Shown: positions 48,496 through 57,965 of the stretch, piece by piece
Layout: every line of letters starts with the position of its first letter
Position numbering within the stretch: position 1 is the stretch's first letter
Assembly: GCA_031458695.1 (NCBI GenBank)
Contig: JAVKJW010000001.1
Span: forward strand, 32,001-96,000
Length of the DNA stretch: 64,000 bases
DNA from: Candidatus Thermofontivivens primus
GTDB lineage: Bacteria > Sysuimicrobiota > Sysuimicrobiia > Sysuimicrobiales > Thermofontiviventaceae
Direction of reading: 5' to 3'
Notes under the pieces: generated by a model
What the model was told of the DNA's origin: nothing
Databases searched by the model: none
Seen by the model: only the letters and a program-made list of their open reading frames with translations
Position numbers and translations under genes: made by a program

Positions 48496-49425
48496 CTACG
48501 AGGGCGGGGAACCTCCACCCCCGCTTCGTTTGGCATAATACCGGATGTAGCCCTGGACGTTCATCAAATAGCTGCTGGCGATGTCGTAGCGCTCGATAAG
48601 GTCTTCGCCACCAAAGGCCCTGAGCTCCTGGGCGGCGAGGGCTTTCACCTGTTCGGCAATCTCCTCCTCCCTTATCCCCTTCTCTAACCCCTCCTTCACG
48701 AGCCTCCCGGTGGTGTAAAGACGCTCCTCCAACTGATCTAGGAGATCCATGGCATCCCCCTTGGGCCCATAGTGCGTGAGGAGGAGCCTGCGGGGGCGCA
48801 ACAGGCGAAGGCGCTGGAGGGACTGTGACCAGGACTCCAGATCCAGGTCTGGAGGAGGTGTAGGTGGGCGCACGTAGTGAACTCCGGGAAGGCTCACACC
48901 GGCGATATCCCCCGTGAACACGTCCCCGCGCTCCTCGTCCCAGTACACCACATGGTGGGGAGCGTGTCCCGGTGTATCCACGGCCACGAGTGTGCGCCGG
49001 CCGAGGCGAATGCGCTCCCCGTCCTGCACAACGTGGATCGCCTCAGGGGGAACAGGCACAACCTCCCCCCACAGGCGATCAAGGTCGTCCCCGAAAATTT
49101 TCTGGGCGCTGCGGATCAGCCGAGAAGGATCCTGGAGGTGCGGCGCGCCCACCGCATGCACGTAAACCTTCAAGTGGGGGAACCGCCGAACGAGCTCCCC
49201 GCTGGCCCCCGCATGGTCGAGGTGAATGTGCGTCACGAGGAGGAGCTGCAAGTCCCGAGGGTCCATCCCAGCCTTCTCGATACCCCGGAGCAACCTCTCC
49301 ACCGTCCTCGTCGGGCCCACTTCCACGAGTGCCGGAACTTCGTCCCGCACAAGGTAGCTCGCGATGATCTCTGGCCTACCGAGGTGACAGTGGTCAATGA
49401 GGAAGATATCCTCGTCAATCCACAT
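48496..49425 (-). CDS. MBL-fold metallo-hydrolase
   Basis: THIHLDHAG, TPGHAPHH, GD, THYG. Confidence 0.92.
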   Translation of the reverse strand: MWIDEDIFLIDHCHLGRPEIIASYLVRDEVPALVEVGPTRTVERLLRGIEKAGMDPRDLQLLLVTHIHLDHAGASGELVRRFPHLKVYVHAVGAPHLQDPSRLIRSAQKIFGDDLDRLWGEVVPVPPEAIHVVQDGERIRLGRRTLVAVDTPGHAPHHVVYWDEERGDVFTGDIAGVSLPGVHYVRPPTPPPDLDLESWSQSLQRLRLLRPRRLLLTHYGPKGDAMDLLDQLEERLYTTGRLVKEGLEKGIREEEIAEQVKALAAQELRAFGGEDLIERYDIASSYLMNVQGYIRYYAKRSGGGGSPPS

Positions 49426-49452
49426 CCTCCGACTCCTTTCTCACACCGTGGT

Positions 49453-49926
49453 TCATCCTCGTTGATCCCTGGCATAGAACGGGGCGAGTTTCTCAGCGAC
49501 TTGCTCCAGGAACCTTATGTCCTCGTCACGAAAGGCATCGAGGATGTCGGCGTCGATGTCGATCTCCGCACGCACATGCCCTTCGGAAATGATCGGGACG
49601 ACAACCTCGGACCTTGTGTAGGGGAAGCAAGCAAGATACCTGGGATCTTTGCTCACATCGGGCACCACCTCTGTCCGTCCCGAGGCAGCTGCAGCGCCGC
49701 ACACCCCTTTCCCTATGGGAATACGCGTATGCTCCGTTGCTTCGGGCCCCCTCCAAGGCCCCAAGACGAGCTCTTCCCCTTCCACTCGGTAGATCCCCAC
49801 CCAGGTGAAGTGAGGGAACTTCCTGTGCAGGTACTCCACTACGGCCTCCTCTGCCTTTGCCCTCTCCCCTGCCTGGGCGATGATCTGTGCGATTTCCTCT
49901 AGCGCAACGACAGGATCGAAGTCCAT
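49453..49926 (-). CDS. GAF-domain protein, free Met-R-sulfoxide reductase (MsrC)-like
   Basis: WVGIY, GKGVCG, YLAC, SEVVVPI, DID. Confidence 0.8.
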   Translation of the reverse strand: MDFDPVVALEEIAQIIAQAGERAKAEEAVVEYLHRKFPHFTWVGIYRVEGEELVLGPWRGPEATEHTRIPIGKGVCGAAAASGRTEVVPDVSKDPRYLACFPYTRSEVVVPIISEGHVRAEIDIDADILDAFRDEDIRFLEQVAEKLAPFYARDQRG

Positions 49927-50019
49927 AGGCACCTCCCTTAAATATACCACGCGTGGGAAACCACACGCGAGTTCTGTTCCGAGAGTATCTCAACTATTAT
50001 ACCCAACTAGCATCCTAAG

Positions 50020-50048
50020 TTTACAATTCCGCCTAGTTCCCTTAAAAT
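50020..50048 (+). promoter_or_regulatory. Sigma70-type promoter of sufR-like gene
   Basis: TTTACA-N17-TAAAAT; divergent TATAAT at 49996-50001 on minus strand. Confidence 0.55.
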
Positions 50049-50083
50049 GGGAGAGTGAGCAACGTGTAGGGGGAGATGTGCCT

Positions 50084-50743
50084 ATGCCAACAGGAAGCGA
50101 AGCGATGCAATCGACGCGGCGGGAGATCCTCACCCTGCTGAAGACACGCGGGCCGATGACCGTCAAGGAACTGAGCAAATCCCTGGGCATCACAGCCATG
50201 GGGGTGCGCCAGCACCTCGCCACGTTGGAGCGTGACGGGTACGTCGCGCCAGGAGGGATTCGCCGGGGTCAGGGGCGTCCCAGTCGCATGTATACGATCA
50301 CCCCGCGTGGAGACGACCTCTTCCCACGTACCTACCAGCAGTTTGCCATCGCTCTCCTTGAGGACCTCCGAGCCCTCGAAGGGGAAGCGAAGGTGATGAA
50401 ACTCCTGGAGAAGCGCAAGGAGAGGCTCCTAGAGGAGTATCGGGAACGGCTAAAGGGAAAAGCTGGCGCGGAGATGGTCGCGGAGCTTGCCCGGATCCGC
50501 CACGAGGAAGGGTACCTCGCGGAGTGGAAGCAGGTGGACACCAACACCTACCTGCTCATTGAACACAACTGTCCCATCCGCCATATCGCCGATCACTTCC
50601 AACAAGCCTGCCACATGGAGCAGGCGCTGTTCGCCGAAGTGCTCGGTGCAGAGGTGAACCGCTCCCAACACATCCTCAAAGGAGAGCTCTCCTGCTCATA
50701 CACCATTAAGTTCCCCACAGCTCGGCCAAGGCGGCGAACCTGA
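50084..50743 (+). CDS. sufR: SufR-like Fe-S-sensing transcriptional regulator
   Basis: ITAMGVRQHL..LE, GRP, EHNCPI, C..E, final C. Confidence 0.8.
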   Translation: MPTGSEAMQSTRREILTLLKTRGPMTVKELSKSLGITAMGVRQHLATLERDGYVAPGGIRRGQGRPSRMYTITPRGDDLFPRTYQQFAIALLEDLRALEGEAKVMKLLEKRKERLLEEYRERLKGKAGAEMVAELARIRHEEGYLAEWKQVDTNTYLLIEHNCPIRHIADHFQQACHMEQALFAEVLGAEVNRSQHILKGELSCSYTIKFPTARPRRRT

Positions 50744-50934
50744 GATCACGGGCAAAAGGCTTTTGACATTTGGCGGAAACCCCTGCGGGCTCCTCTCCGA
50801 AGAGGTCTTCCCCCTCTCCCCAGCGAATCTACCACCTGAGGGCAACACTAGCCTCTCGAATGAGGCCCCAGCGAAACCCTGTCAAAAAGAGTTCGCGGGG
50901 CCACTTCGCAAATCGAAAGGGGAGGTGAAGGATC

Positions 50935-51618
50935 ATGGTGCGGCTTGTGTGGTACGGGCACGCCTGCTGGTCCATTGAGGGAGACAAAGCCACGATCCTC
51001 ATCGATCCGTTCATCACAGGGAACCCCGAGGCTCCAACCACAGCAGACAAGGTGAAAGCGGACTACATCATCGTGACCCATGGGCATGGAGACCACATCG
51101 GCGACACTGTAGACATCGCCAAGCGCACAGGGGCCACGGTCATTAGCAACTACGAGATCACCAGCTACTGCCAGGCGAAGGGAGTCCAGAACGTTCATCC
51201 CCTGCATCTCGGCGGCGGTTTCAACTTCCCCTTCGGCCGGGTGAAGCTTACTATCGCCCACCACGGCTCCGGTCTCCCCGATGGCTCTTATGGGGGGAGC
51301 GCCGCGGGGGTGATCCTAGAACTTGGAGGGAAGCGCCTCTACCATGCCGGGGACACGGCCCTCTTCCTCGACATGCAGCTCATCGGGCGAGGCGGGCTGG
51401 ACGCAGCAATGATCCCCATCGGCGACAACTTCACCATGGGGCCTGACGATGCCCTGGAGGCAGTGAAGCTGCTCCAGCCCAAGATCGTCTTCCCCATGCA
51501 CTACGGGGCATTCGACGTGATCAAGCAGGACCCGCAGACGTGGAAGACACGCGTGGAAGCGGAGACACAGACAAAGGTGGTGATCTTGCGACCAGGTGAG
51601 GGATACGCGCTCGATTGA
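50935..51618 (+). CDS. UPF0173-type metal-dependent hydrolase (MBL fold)
   Basis: WYGHAC, IDPFITGNP, THGHGDH, HAGDT, PMHY. Confidence 0.9.
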   Translation: MVRLVWYGHACWSIEGDKATILIDPFITGNPEAPTTADKVKADYIIVTHGHGDHIGDTVDIAKRTGATVISNYEITSYCQAKGVQNVHPLHLGGGFNFPFGRVKLTIAHHGSGLPDGSYGGSAAGVILELGGKRLYHAGDTALFLDMQLIGRGGLDAAMIPIGDNFTMGPDDALEAVKLLQPKIVFPMHYGAFDVIKQDPQTWKTRVEAETQTKVVILRPGEGYALD

Positions 51619-51641
51619 TCTCATCGAGTTTGTTGGCGAAG

Positions 51642-51676
51642 TTACTCAGTCACTCCGTCACTGAGTCACTGGTCAT
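51642..51676. repeat. 8-mer tandem repeat GTCACTnn
   Basis: GTTACTCA GTCACTCC GTCACTGA GTCACTG GTCA. Confidence 0.6.
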
Positions 51677-53423
51677 GGAGATGAGAAGTCTCCTTGTTGC
51701 ATTCTTCGTTGCATACCTGTGGGGCGCGCTACCTTTAGGCTTTTTGGCCGTCAAGTCCACGCGGAAGGTGGATATCCGGCGCCTGAGCCCTTACAACGTG
51801 GGATTCCGCCCACTCCTTGCCCTTGCTGGCCCCGCCGCCGTGGGGGCTTTCTTTCTGGACGTGGCCAAGGGAGCGCTCCCTCCCTTGCTCTCTTGGATGA
51901 TCCGCCCTGAGCCAGGATATGCCGTTGCAGCTGCCCTTGGCGTTCTCATCGGGCACCTCTACTCCCCCTATTTCCTCTTCACCGAGGGATCCTTCCCAAG
52001 GGCTAAAAGCGTAGGGACTGCAGCGGGCGCGGCAGGGGGGTTGTGGCTGGTGGGCTTCCTTCCTCTCCTCCCCTTGCTCTTTGCGCTGGGAGTCTGGATG
52101 GCCACCATTGCCCTGCCAAGGTTATGGGGAAGATGGGGGTACCCGTCCCTCGCCTCCGTCCTCGCTGCATTGACCCTGGCGATCGGCCTGGGGGTATCCC
52201 GAACTCCGCATGCTGGCATCTTTTTTGGCATCGCGCTCTGCGTGCTCGTGCTGTGGCGCCATAAGGAGAACCTGGGACGCATCGCCGATGGGCTCGAACC
52301 GAGGCTCGGCGAGTACCTCCCCGTCCCTGGCCTGGGGGAGGAGGTCGGGTGTGCCTTCTTGATCCACCCCATGAGCCCCCTCGACTGGTGGCAGTCCAAC
52401 CGTTTTCGCTGGCTCCGCCCCTTAGCCGACCGGGGGATCATTCCCTTCTCCCTCCTCCGCTGGCTGAGTCGGTATATCCGTCCCATGAAAGTGGACGAGA
52501 TCCGCTCCATCACGACCACCGAGGGGAAGCGGGCAAGGGTCTATCTCTTAGGGGTCCCCCTCCTTCCCGACCAGATCAAAGGCGAGCCAGCCCTGGCGCT
52601 TCGCCGCACGATCCAAGCAGCACGGCTCGCCAGGGACCTCGGAGCGGTGGTCATGGGCTTGGGCGCGTACTGGTCCGTGGTAGGCCAGAAGGGGATTGAA
52701 GTACAAGAGCAGAGCGAAATCGTCATTACCAATGGAGGGGCATTTACGGCAGGAACGGTCAGGGCGGCCGTCCCGCAGATCCTTGGGCGGCTCCAGGAGA
52801 AAGGGATCTCCCCCAGGCAGGCCACTGCGGCAGTAGTGGGCGCCAACGGTGTGGTTGGGTTCGGTATCTGCCGCATGATCGCCGGCGAGGTGGGACGTTT
52901 GATCATGGTAGGCACCGACCTCGGGCGCCTGGAGCGCTCGCGGCAGCGCCTCGCGAGCAGGTTCCCCAGGACAACCATCGAGATCACCACCGACCTTCGA
53001 CGCATCCGCGAGGCAGATGTGATCTTTACGGCCACCAACACCCCGGAGGCGGTGGTGTATCCGGAGCATGTGAGGGAAGGAGCGCTTATCTACGACCTGG
53101 GGAGACCTGCCGACGTCCACCCCTCTGTCGCCCAGGTCCCGAGGGTGGAAGTGATTCCCGGGGGGGTGGTCCGTCCTCCCGGGAACCCCACTGGCCGCAT
53201 CGATCTTGGGTACGGCCCCGGTCTCTTCCCCGCCTGTCTCGCAGAGACCGTGATCATCGCCTTAGACGGAGCTTACGAACGCCGTAGCCTTGGGGAGAGG
53301 ACGCGCACCGAAAATATCGAGTATTTCGTGCGAAGGGCCGAGGAGATGGGTTTCCGGGTGGTTACAGAGGCTCCAGACACGAGATCCCAGGTCTCCCTCG
53401 CCGCTTCTCCCACGCACTCCTGA
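51675..53423 (+). CDS. Fusion: PlsY-like membrane domain + acyl-ACP-reductase-like (COG5322-type) Rossmann domain
   Basis: AYLWGALP, DVAKG, GH..P, RHKENLGRI; then AFLIHP, VVGANGVVG, DLGRPADV, PACLAET. Confidence 0.8.
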   Translation: MEMRSLLVAFFVAYLWGALPLGFLAVKSTRKVDIRRLSPYNVGFRPLLALAGPAAVGAFFLDVAKGALPPLLSWMIRPEPGYAVAAALGVLIGHLYSPYFLFTEGSFPRAKSVGTAAGAAGGLWLVGFLPLLPLLFALGVWMATIALPRLWGRWGYPSLASVLAALTLAIGLGVSRTPHAGIFFGIALCVLVLWRHKENLGRIADGLEPRLGEYLPVPGLGEEVGCAFLIHPMSPLDWWQSNRFRWLRPLADRGIIPFSLLRWLSRYIRPMKVDEIRSITTTEGKRARVYLLGVPLLPDQIKGEPALALRRTIQAARLARDLGAVVMGLGAYWSVVGQKGIEVQEQSEIVITNGGAFTAGTVRAAVPQILGRLQEKGISPRQATAAVVGANGVVGFGICRMIAGEVGRLIMVGTDLGRLERSRQRLASRFPRTTIEITTDLRRIREADVIFTATNTPEAVVYPEHVREGALIYDLGRPADVHPSVAQVPRVEVIPGGVVRPPGNPTGRIDLGYGPGLFPACLAETVIIALDGAYERRSLGERTRTENIEYFVRRAEEMGFRVVTEAPDTRSQVSLAASPTHS

Positions 53424-53544
53424 ACCATCCCGGCAAGAGGCGACTTGACCCTCGCCGTGGCTCCCTCCGCACTATCCCGTGTTCCCAAGCGAAATCCTGG
53501 CAAAACGTTTCAGCAGAGCACCTGAAAAGGGACGTACCTGAGGA

Positions 53545-54003
53545 TCACCGCTCGAACCACAGGGTCTGAGGTCTCAAATGGTGGGAGATCCCAAGCTGGG
53601 AGGCCATCATCGTGCTCCAGGCCAGGAATCCCTCGATGATGGTCAGAGCCTCCTCCTCCACTTCCTCTGGGCTCAGGTTGGAGAACTGGAGCTTGGCGAG
53701 GTTCTCGCCAATTGCGTGGACGAAGGTGTCGATATCCTCGAGGAGGATGCGGCCAATCTTCATGCCCGAGGTGGTCACCATGGCCGGCCTCTGGGGGCTC
53801 CGGGGCGAAAGGCGGCGGCGTTGGGAGACCGCCCACTCCGCCAGCTCCAGAAGTGTATAGAACGCCTCCCCCACCCCGCGCTCCACAGCCAAGGAGACGA
53901 AGATCTGCGCATGCCGCCAGACCTGGTGAACGATGCTGGCGAGCATTCGCTTGTCATAAGCGTTCAGGCCTGCGTTTCCTCCCACACCTTTAGGGTTCGG
54001 CAC
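53545..54003 (-). CDS. Hypothetical protein
   Basis: 152-aa ORF with AGGAGG RBS and codon usage like neighbours; no recognised motif. Confidence 0.65.
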   Translation of the reverse strand: MPNPKGVGGNAGLNAYDKRMLASIVHQVWRHAQIFVSLAVERGVGEAFYTLLELAEWAVSQRRRLSPRSPQRPAMVTTSGMKIGRILLEDIDTFVHAIGENLAKLQFSNLSPEEVEEEALTIIEGFLAWSTMMASQLGISHHLRPQTLWFER

Positions 54004-54125
54004 AAATGGAGCGGCCTCCTTCTATTTCCTGATTCCTGACTTCCTTGTGGCATGCCAGGGTAACTCACCTCTGCAAGAGCCTTCTGTCCATCTACCCCGG
54101 ATCATGAAGGGGGTGCATGATCATC

Positions 54126-55091
54126 TCAGAGATTCCAGGACGCAACGACGGGGTTGCGCAGGACCCCGATCCCTTCGATCTCTGCTTCCACAATGTCGCC
54201 GGGCTGGAGGAACTGCGGGGGATTCATAGCAAACCCGCACCCAGCCCCCGTCCCAGTTGCGATAATGTCCCCTGGCTCAATTGTCATGCCCACGGAGAGG
54301 CTGCTCAGGATCGCAGGGATATCGAAGATCATCTGCCGCGTGTGGAACCGTTGTCGCTCCACCCCGTTCACCCGCAGGACCAGCGTGGCCTGCGGCGGCG
54401 CTCCCAAATCGTCGCGGAGGACTACCCAAGGTCCCATTGGGCAGAAGGTATCGCAACTCTTCCCCTTGAACCACTGGCCGTGTCTCTGCTGGAGATCCCG
54501 CGCGGTGATATCGTTGAGGATCGTATATCCAAACACGTAGTTGAACGCTTCCTCGGGAGGGATATCCTTTCCCTTGCGCCCAATGATCACGGCCAACTCA
54601 CACTCCCAATCCAAGCGTGTAGTGGCGCGCGGGCGCACGATAGGTGCATCCGGGCCGATGACCGCGGTGGGTGCCTTGGTGAAGAAAACAGGGACCGGCG
54701 GGAGCTCCACTGTCCAGCCCTTCCTGCCCTCCCCTCCCTCCTTTTCTGGACCCCACAAGACGTGCGCTCCTTCCTCAACGTGCTCGCGGTAGTTGCGGCC
54801 GACGCAGAAGATGTTCTTGGACGGCCTCGGGAACGGGGCAAGAAGGGTGACCTGGTTTAGGGGGGTTAGGGCCGTTCCCTCCTTTCCTCGCGCTTCCTCA
54901 ATCATACCCTTGGCCCACTCCTCTACCTCGCGGGCCATCCCAATGGCATCCTCACCTTGCTGGATGAACTCTATAAGGCTCGCCGGCCACCTCCCCTTCC
55001 AACGAGGTTCTACCTCGGGATCCACAAGCCACGTCTCCACCACGAGGCCCAGGCGATGGCCGCTTTGCGCTTGGAATGTAGCAAGTTTCAT
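54126..55091 (-). CDS. Fumarylacetoacetate hydrolase family protein
   Basis: CVGRNY.EH, DWECELAVIIG, NDITARDLQ, KSCDTF, TGTGAG. Confidence 0.93.
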   Translation of the reverse strand: MKLATFQAQSGHRLGLVVETWLVDPEVEPRWKGRWPASLIEFIQQGEDAIGMAREVEEWAKGMIEEARGKEGTALTPLNQVTLLAPFPRPSKNIFCVGRNYREHVEEGAHVLWGPEKEGGEGRKGWTVELPPVPVFFTKAPTAVIGPDAPIVRPRATTRLDWECELAVIIGRKGKDIPPEEAFNYVFGYTILNDITARDLQQRHGQWFKGKSCDTFCPMGPWVVLRDDLGAPPQATLVLRVNGVERQRFHTRQMIFDIPAILSSLSVGMTIEPGDIIATGTGAGCGFAMNPPQFLQPGDIVEAEIEGIGVLRNPVVASWNL

Positions 55092-55251
55092 CCCCTGCCC
55101 TCCTTACAACGATGGTGCTCTGGGGAGTTCATACACTCCATCTTTCAATGGACCCCGGCGAAAGCCAAGTAGCCCATTGTTGGAGTTCTTCAGCGCGGTT
55201 CGCCGAAAGAGACGAGAACTCCTGCTAGGGAAAATCGAGGGGCCAAGGAAC

Positions 55252-56088
55252 TTAGAAGTCTTGCTCCTGGAATGCCCGGGTGGCAAGCCACAGAGGGATC
55301 ATCACCCAGGCCACGAGCGAGACAGCGATGAGCGTCTTCCCGAGGACGGACCCGGCCAGTTCCCCAAGGATCGCTCCTCCCGGTCCCAGGGAGGTTTTCG
55401 CTCCCACAAGCATGAGAACCACCACCCGCACTGTGTCCATGGGGTTCGCCAGGACAGAGGAAAGGAGGATCGGCCTCAACCACTCCCCGCCAAAGAGGAT
55501 GGAGACGCCTAGGACCATCAGGTCATAGAGCACGCCAAGGAGGATCCAGAGTGCAAGCGCCCCGCCGAGAGCTTTCATCCTGTTCCTGGCAACAATGGAA
55601 ACCAACGCTCCAAGCCCGAGGAAGACCATGCACAGGAGTATGGAAAGAACCACCAGGACGGCGTATGCCACCAACTCAGAGAGTCCGGCCCTGAGGGCAA
55701 TGACTACCCCGGAGATCCCGAGGGCCCAGAGAAGGCCCGCACTCATGGCCCCGCAAGCCCCAAGGTATTTCCCCACGACCACCTCCCGCCGCGTGATGGG
55801 CTGGGCCAGGAGAACCTCCGTATCCCCTTGCTCTGGGGAAAAGGCCAGGACCCCGAGGGCTAGGGCATTCACAGGGATGAGGAAGGTGATGAGGTTGACT
55901 AAGCTTGTGGCGGTGCGGGCAAATCCCACAAACCGAGCGTATCCCCCGAGGCTCAGACCCAGGTATGAGACCCCTAGCGCCAGGATAGCGAGGAGGAGGG
56001 CGAAGGCCCAAGACCAGCGACTCCTCGCTGTGAGTTCGAATTCCCGGCTGGCAATTTTCCATATCGCTGTCACTACAGCTCCCCTCAC
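55252..56088 (-). CDS. nosY: Nos ABC transporter permease
   Basis: LLAQPITRREVVVGKYLG, ANPMD; nos cluster context. Confidence 0.85.
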   Translation of the reverse strand: MRGAVVTAIWKIASREFELTARSRWSWAFALLLAILALGVSYLGLSLGGYARFVGFARTATSLVNLITFLIPVNALALGVLAFSPEQGDTEVLLAQPITRREVVVGKYLGACGAMSAGLLWALGISGVVIALRAGLSELVAYAVLVVLSILLCMVFLGLGALVSIVARNRMKALGGALALWILLGVLYDLMVLGVSILFGGEWLRPILLSSVLANPMDTVRVVVLMLVGAKTSLGPGGAILGELAGSVLGKTLIAVSLVAWVMIPLWLATRAFQEQDF

Positions 56089-56564
56089 TCCGATCCCTCT
56101 CCTTGCCTACGGACGAACTCGAGGGCCTCATGGAAGGTCCAGATCTTCGCTCCCTCCCCCGCGAACCGCTCCGCCTCTTCCCTGCTGTGGAACGCAAACA
56201 GGCCATAGTACATGGGAGTGTACAAGGACGCGCGGACATAGAAGGCCCCTTCCGCACGGATCCACTGCTTCGTCGTCCAGTCGTGCACAAACATGGCCCG
56301 CACGCCCTCCCCCTGGGGATGGTGTTTCACACGGTAGAGAAGCATGCACCCGATATCACAGAACTTGGCGACGCCCTCCTCGGTCACGAGCTCCGCGGCG
56401 TGCGGTTCCTCCCTGATGACCATCCCGCACTCCGCACACGTCTCCACGCCGAGGAGGATCTGCTTTGGCTTCACCTCCCCTGACCTTTCTCGAAGGTAGG
56501 AGAAGGTGATCACCAATCCTATCGCCACAGCGAAAGCAAGGATCAAGGGATAGACCCGTCGCAT
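56085..56564 (-). CDS. nosL: NosL-family copper chaperone
   Basis: CAECGMVI, FCDIGCM, TPM..G..AF. Confidence 0.88.
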   Translation of the reverse strand: MRRVYPLILAFAVAIGLVITFSYLRERSGEVKPKQILLGVETCAECGMVIREEPHAAELVTEEGVAKFCDIGCMLLYRVKHHPQGEGVRAMFVHDWTTKQWIRAEGAFYVRASLYTPMYYGLFAFHSREEAERFAGEGAKIWTFHEALEFVRRQGEGSE

Positions 56565-56571
56565 CGTCCCT

Positions 56572-57063
56572 TCAATGCTGCATCCCTTTCATCATCTTCC
56601 GGCGCTCAACTGCGTACTTCATGGCCTCCTGGAAGGAGAGAACCTTCCCTCCATGTGCCTTGGCGAAAGCTCTGGCATCCTCGGCCTTGCGGAAGGCGAA
56701 CAGGCCATAGGTCATGGGCGTGCGCTGGGAGGTAGAGACGAAGAAGGCGGACCGTCCCTCGATCCATCCCTGCGTCCTCCAATCCCTCACAAGGACCGAG
56801 CGCACCTCCTTTTCAGCGAGGCCATGGGCATGGATGTAGTTAAAGAGGCAACCTAAGTCGTCAAAGCGGAATTGTCCTGCCGCGGTCACGACCACTGCTC
56901 CATGGCGTGCATCCCGGATGACCATGTTGCACAGGGCGCACCGGTCCACTCCCTCCTGGATGAGCGGGATCCTTTCGGGAGGCGCTACCTGCCCGAACAG
57001 AACCAGCGCACCCCCCAGAGTAAGAATCAGAACCACTCCGATTCCTATCGCGGCTCTTCTCAT
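56572..57063 (-). CDS. nosL: NosL-family copper chaperone (paralog)
   Basis: CALCNMVI, FDDLGCL, TPM..G..AF. Confidence 0.88.
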   Translation of the reverse strand: MRRAAIGIGVVLILTLGGALVLFGQVAPPERIPLIQEGVDRCALCNMVIRDARHGAVVVTAAGQFRFDDLGCLFNYIHAHGLAEKEVRSVLVRDWRTQGWIEGRSAFFVSTSQRTPMTYGLFAFRKAEDARAFAKAHGGKVLSFQEAMKYAVERRKMMKGMQH

Positions 57064-57965
57064 TCCTTCTCACTCCCCTTCGATCCTTGAAGGATTTCGT
57101 TCACGACTTCCTCGATATCCGGCTCCTCGGTCGAAAACCCGAGCACACGAACCCCAGCCTCCTGGATCGCCTGCAGCACCCGGAGCCTCTCCCCAGGAGG
57201 ACAGGAAACAATAAGGTGGCCGTCCTCGAAGATTGCAGGATGGCTTGCCAAGCCTGGGATGCTGCAGATCGCTTCATCCGTTGGGACACGCACGCGCAGC
57301 CGCGGCCGGAACCGTTCCCTGAGTGCATCGATCCCATCCTTCACCACAAGCCTGCCCTCTTTCAAGATAGCCACAGAAGTCGCCATCTCCTCACTGTCTT
57401 GGATGACGTGCGAGGAGAAGATCACGATCTTCCCGTTCGCCCGCCACCTTTGGACAATTGTCCGGAGGGCCTGCCTTCCCTCGACGTCGAGGCTCAGGGT
57501 TGGCTCATCCAAAAGAAGAACTGTGGGATCGCCCAGGATAGCCACAGATAGCCCCAGCCGCTGTTTCATCCCCCCTGAATAGGTCCCCACAGGTCTCTGG
57601 AGAAAGTCCTCAAGGCACATGATCTCGACCACCTCCCTCACAGCACTGGGTGGAACGCCGCGGATACTGGCATAGAAGAACAGAATCTCTTCCCCAGCGA
57701 GGGAAGCGGGGAAGTCCACGCGCTGGGGGAGGTAGCCGATGCACCGTTTCGCTTCCTTAGGCTGGCGCCAGGGATCATATCCCTCCACAGAGACACGGCC
57801 GCAGGTGGGCCGCACGAGGCCGGCGAGGATCTTCAAAGTGGTGCTCTTCCCTGCTCCATTGGGACCAAGGAGCGCTAGGACCTCCCCAGGTTCGACGTGG
57901 AAGGAGAGCTCCTCTACGGCCGTGACCTCCCCATACCGCTTCGTCAGACCCTCGACCTGGACCAT
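57060..57965 (-). CDS. nosF: Nos ABC transporter ATPase
   Basis: GPNGAGKST, YSGGMKQR, LLDEP; between nosD and nosL. Confidence 0.88.
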   Translation of the reverse strand: MVQVEGLTKRYGEVTAVEELSFHVEPGEVLALLGPNGAGKSTTLKILAGLVRPTCGRVSVEGYDPWRQPKEAKRCIGYLPQRVDFPASLAGEEILFFYASIRGVPPSAVREVVEIMCLEDFLQRPVGTYSGGMKQRLGLSVAILGDPTVLLLDEPTLSLDVEGRQALRTIVQRWRANGKIVIFSSHVIQDSEEMATSVAILKEGRLVVKDGIDALRERFRPRLRVRVPTDEAICSIPGLASHPAIFEDGHLIVSCPPGERLRVLQAIQEAGVRVLGFSTEEPDIEEVVNEILQGSKGSEKE

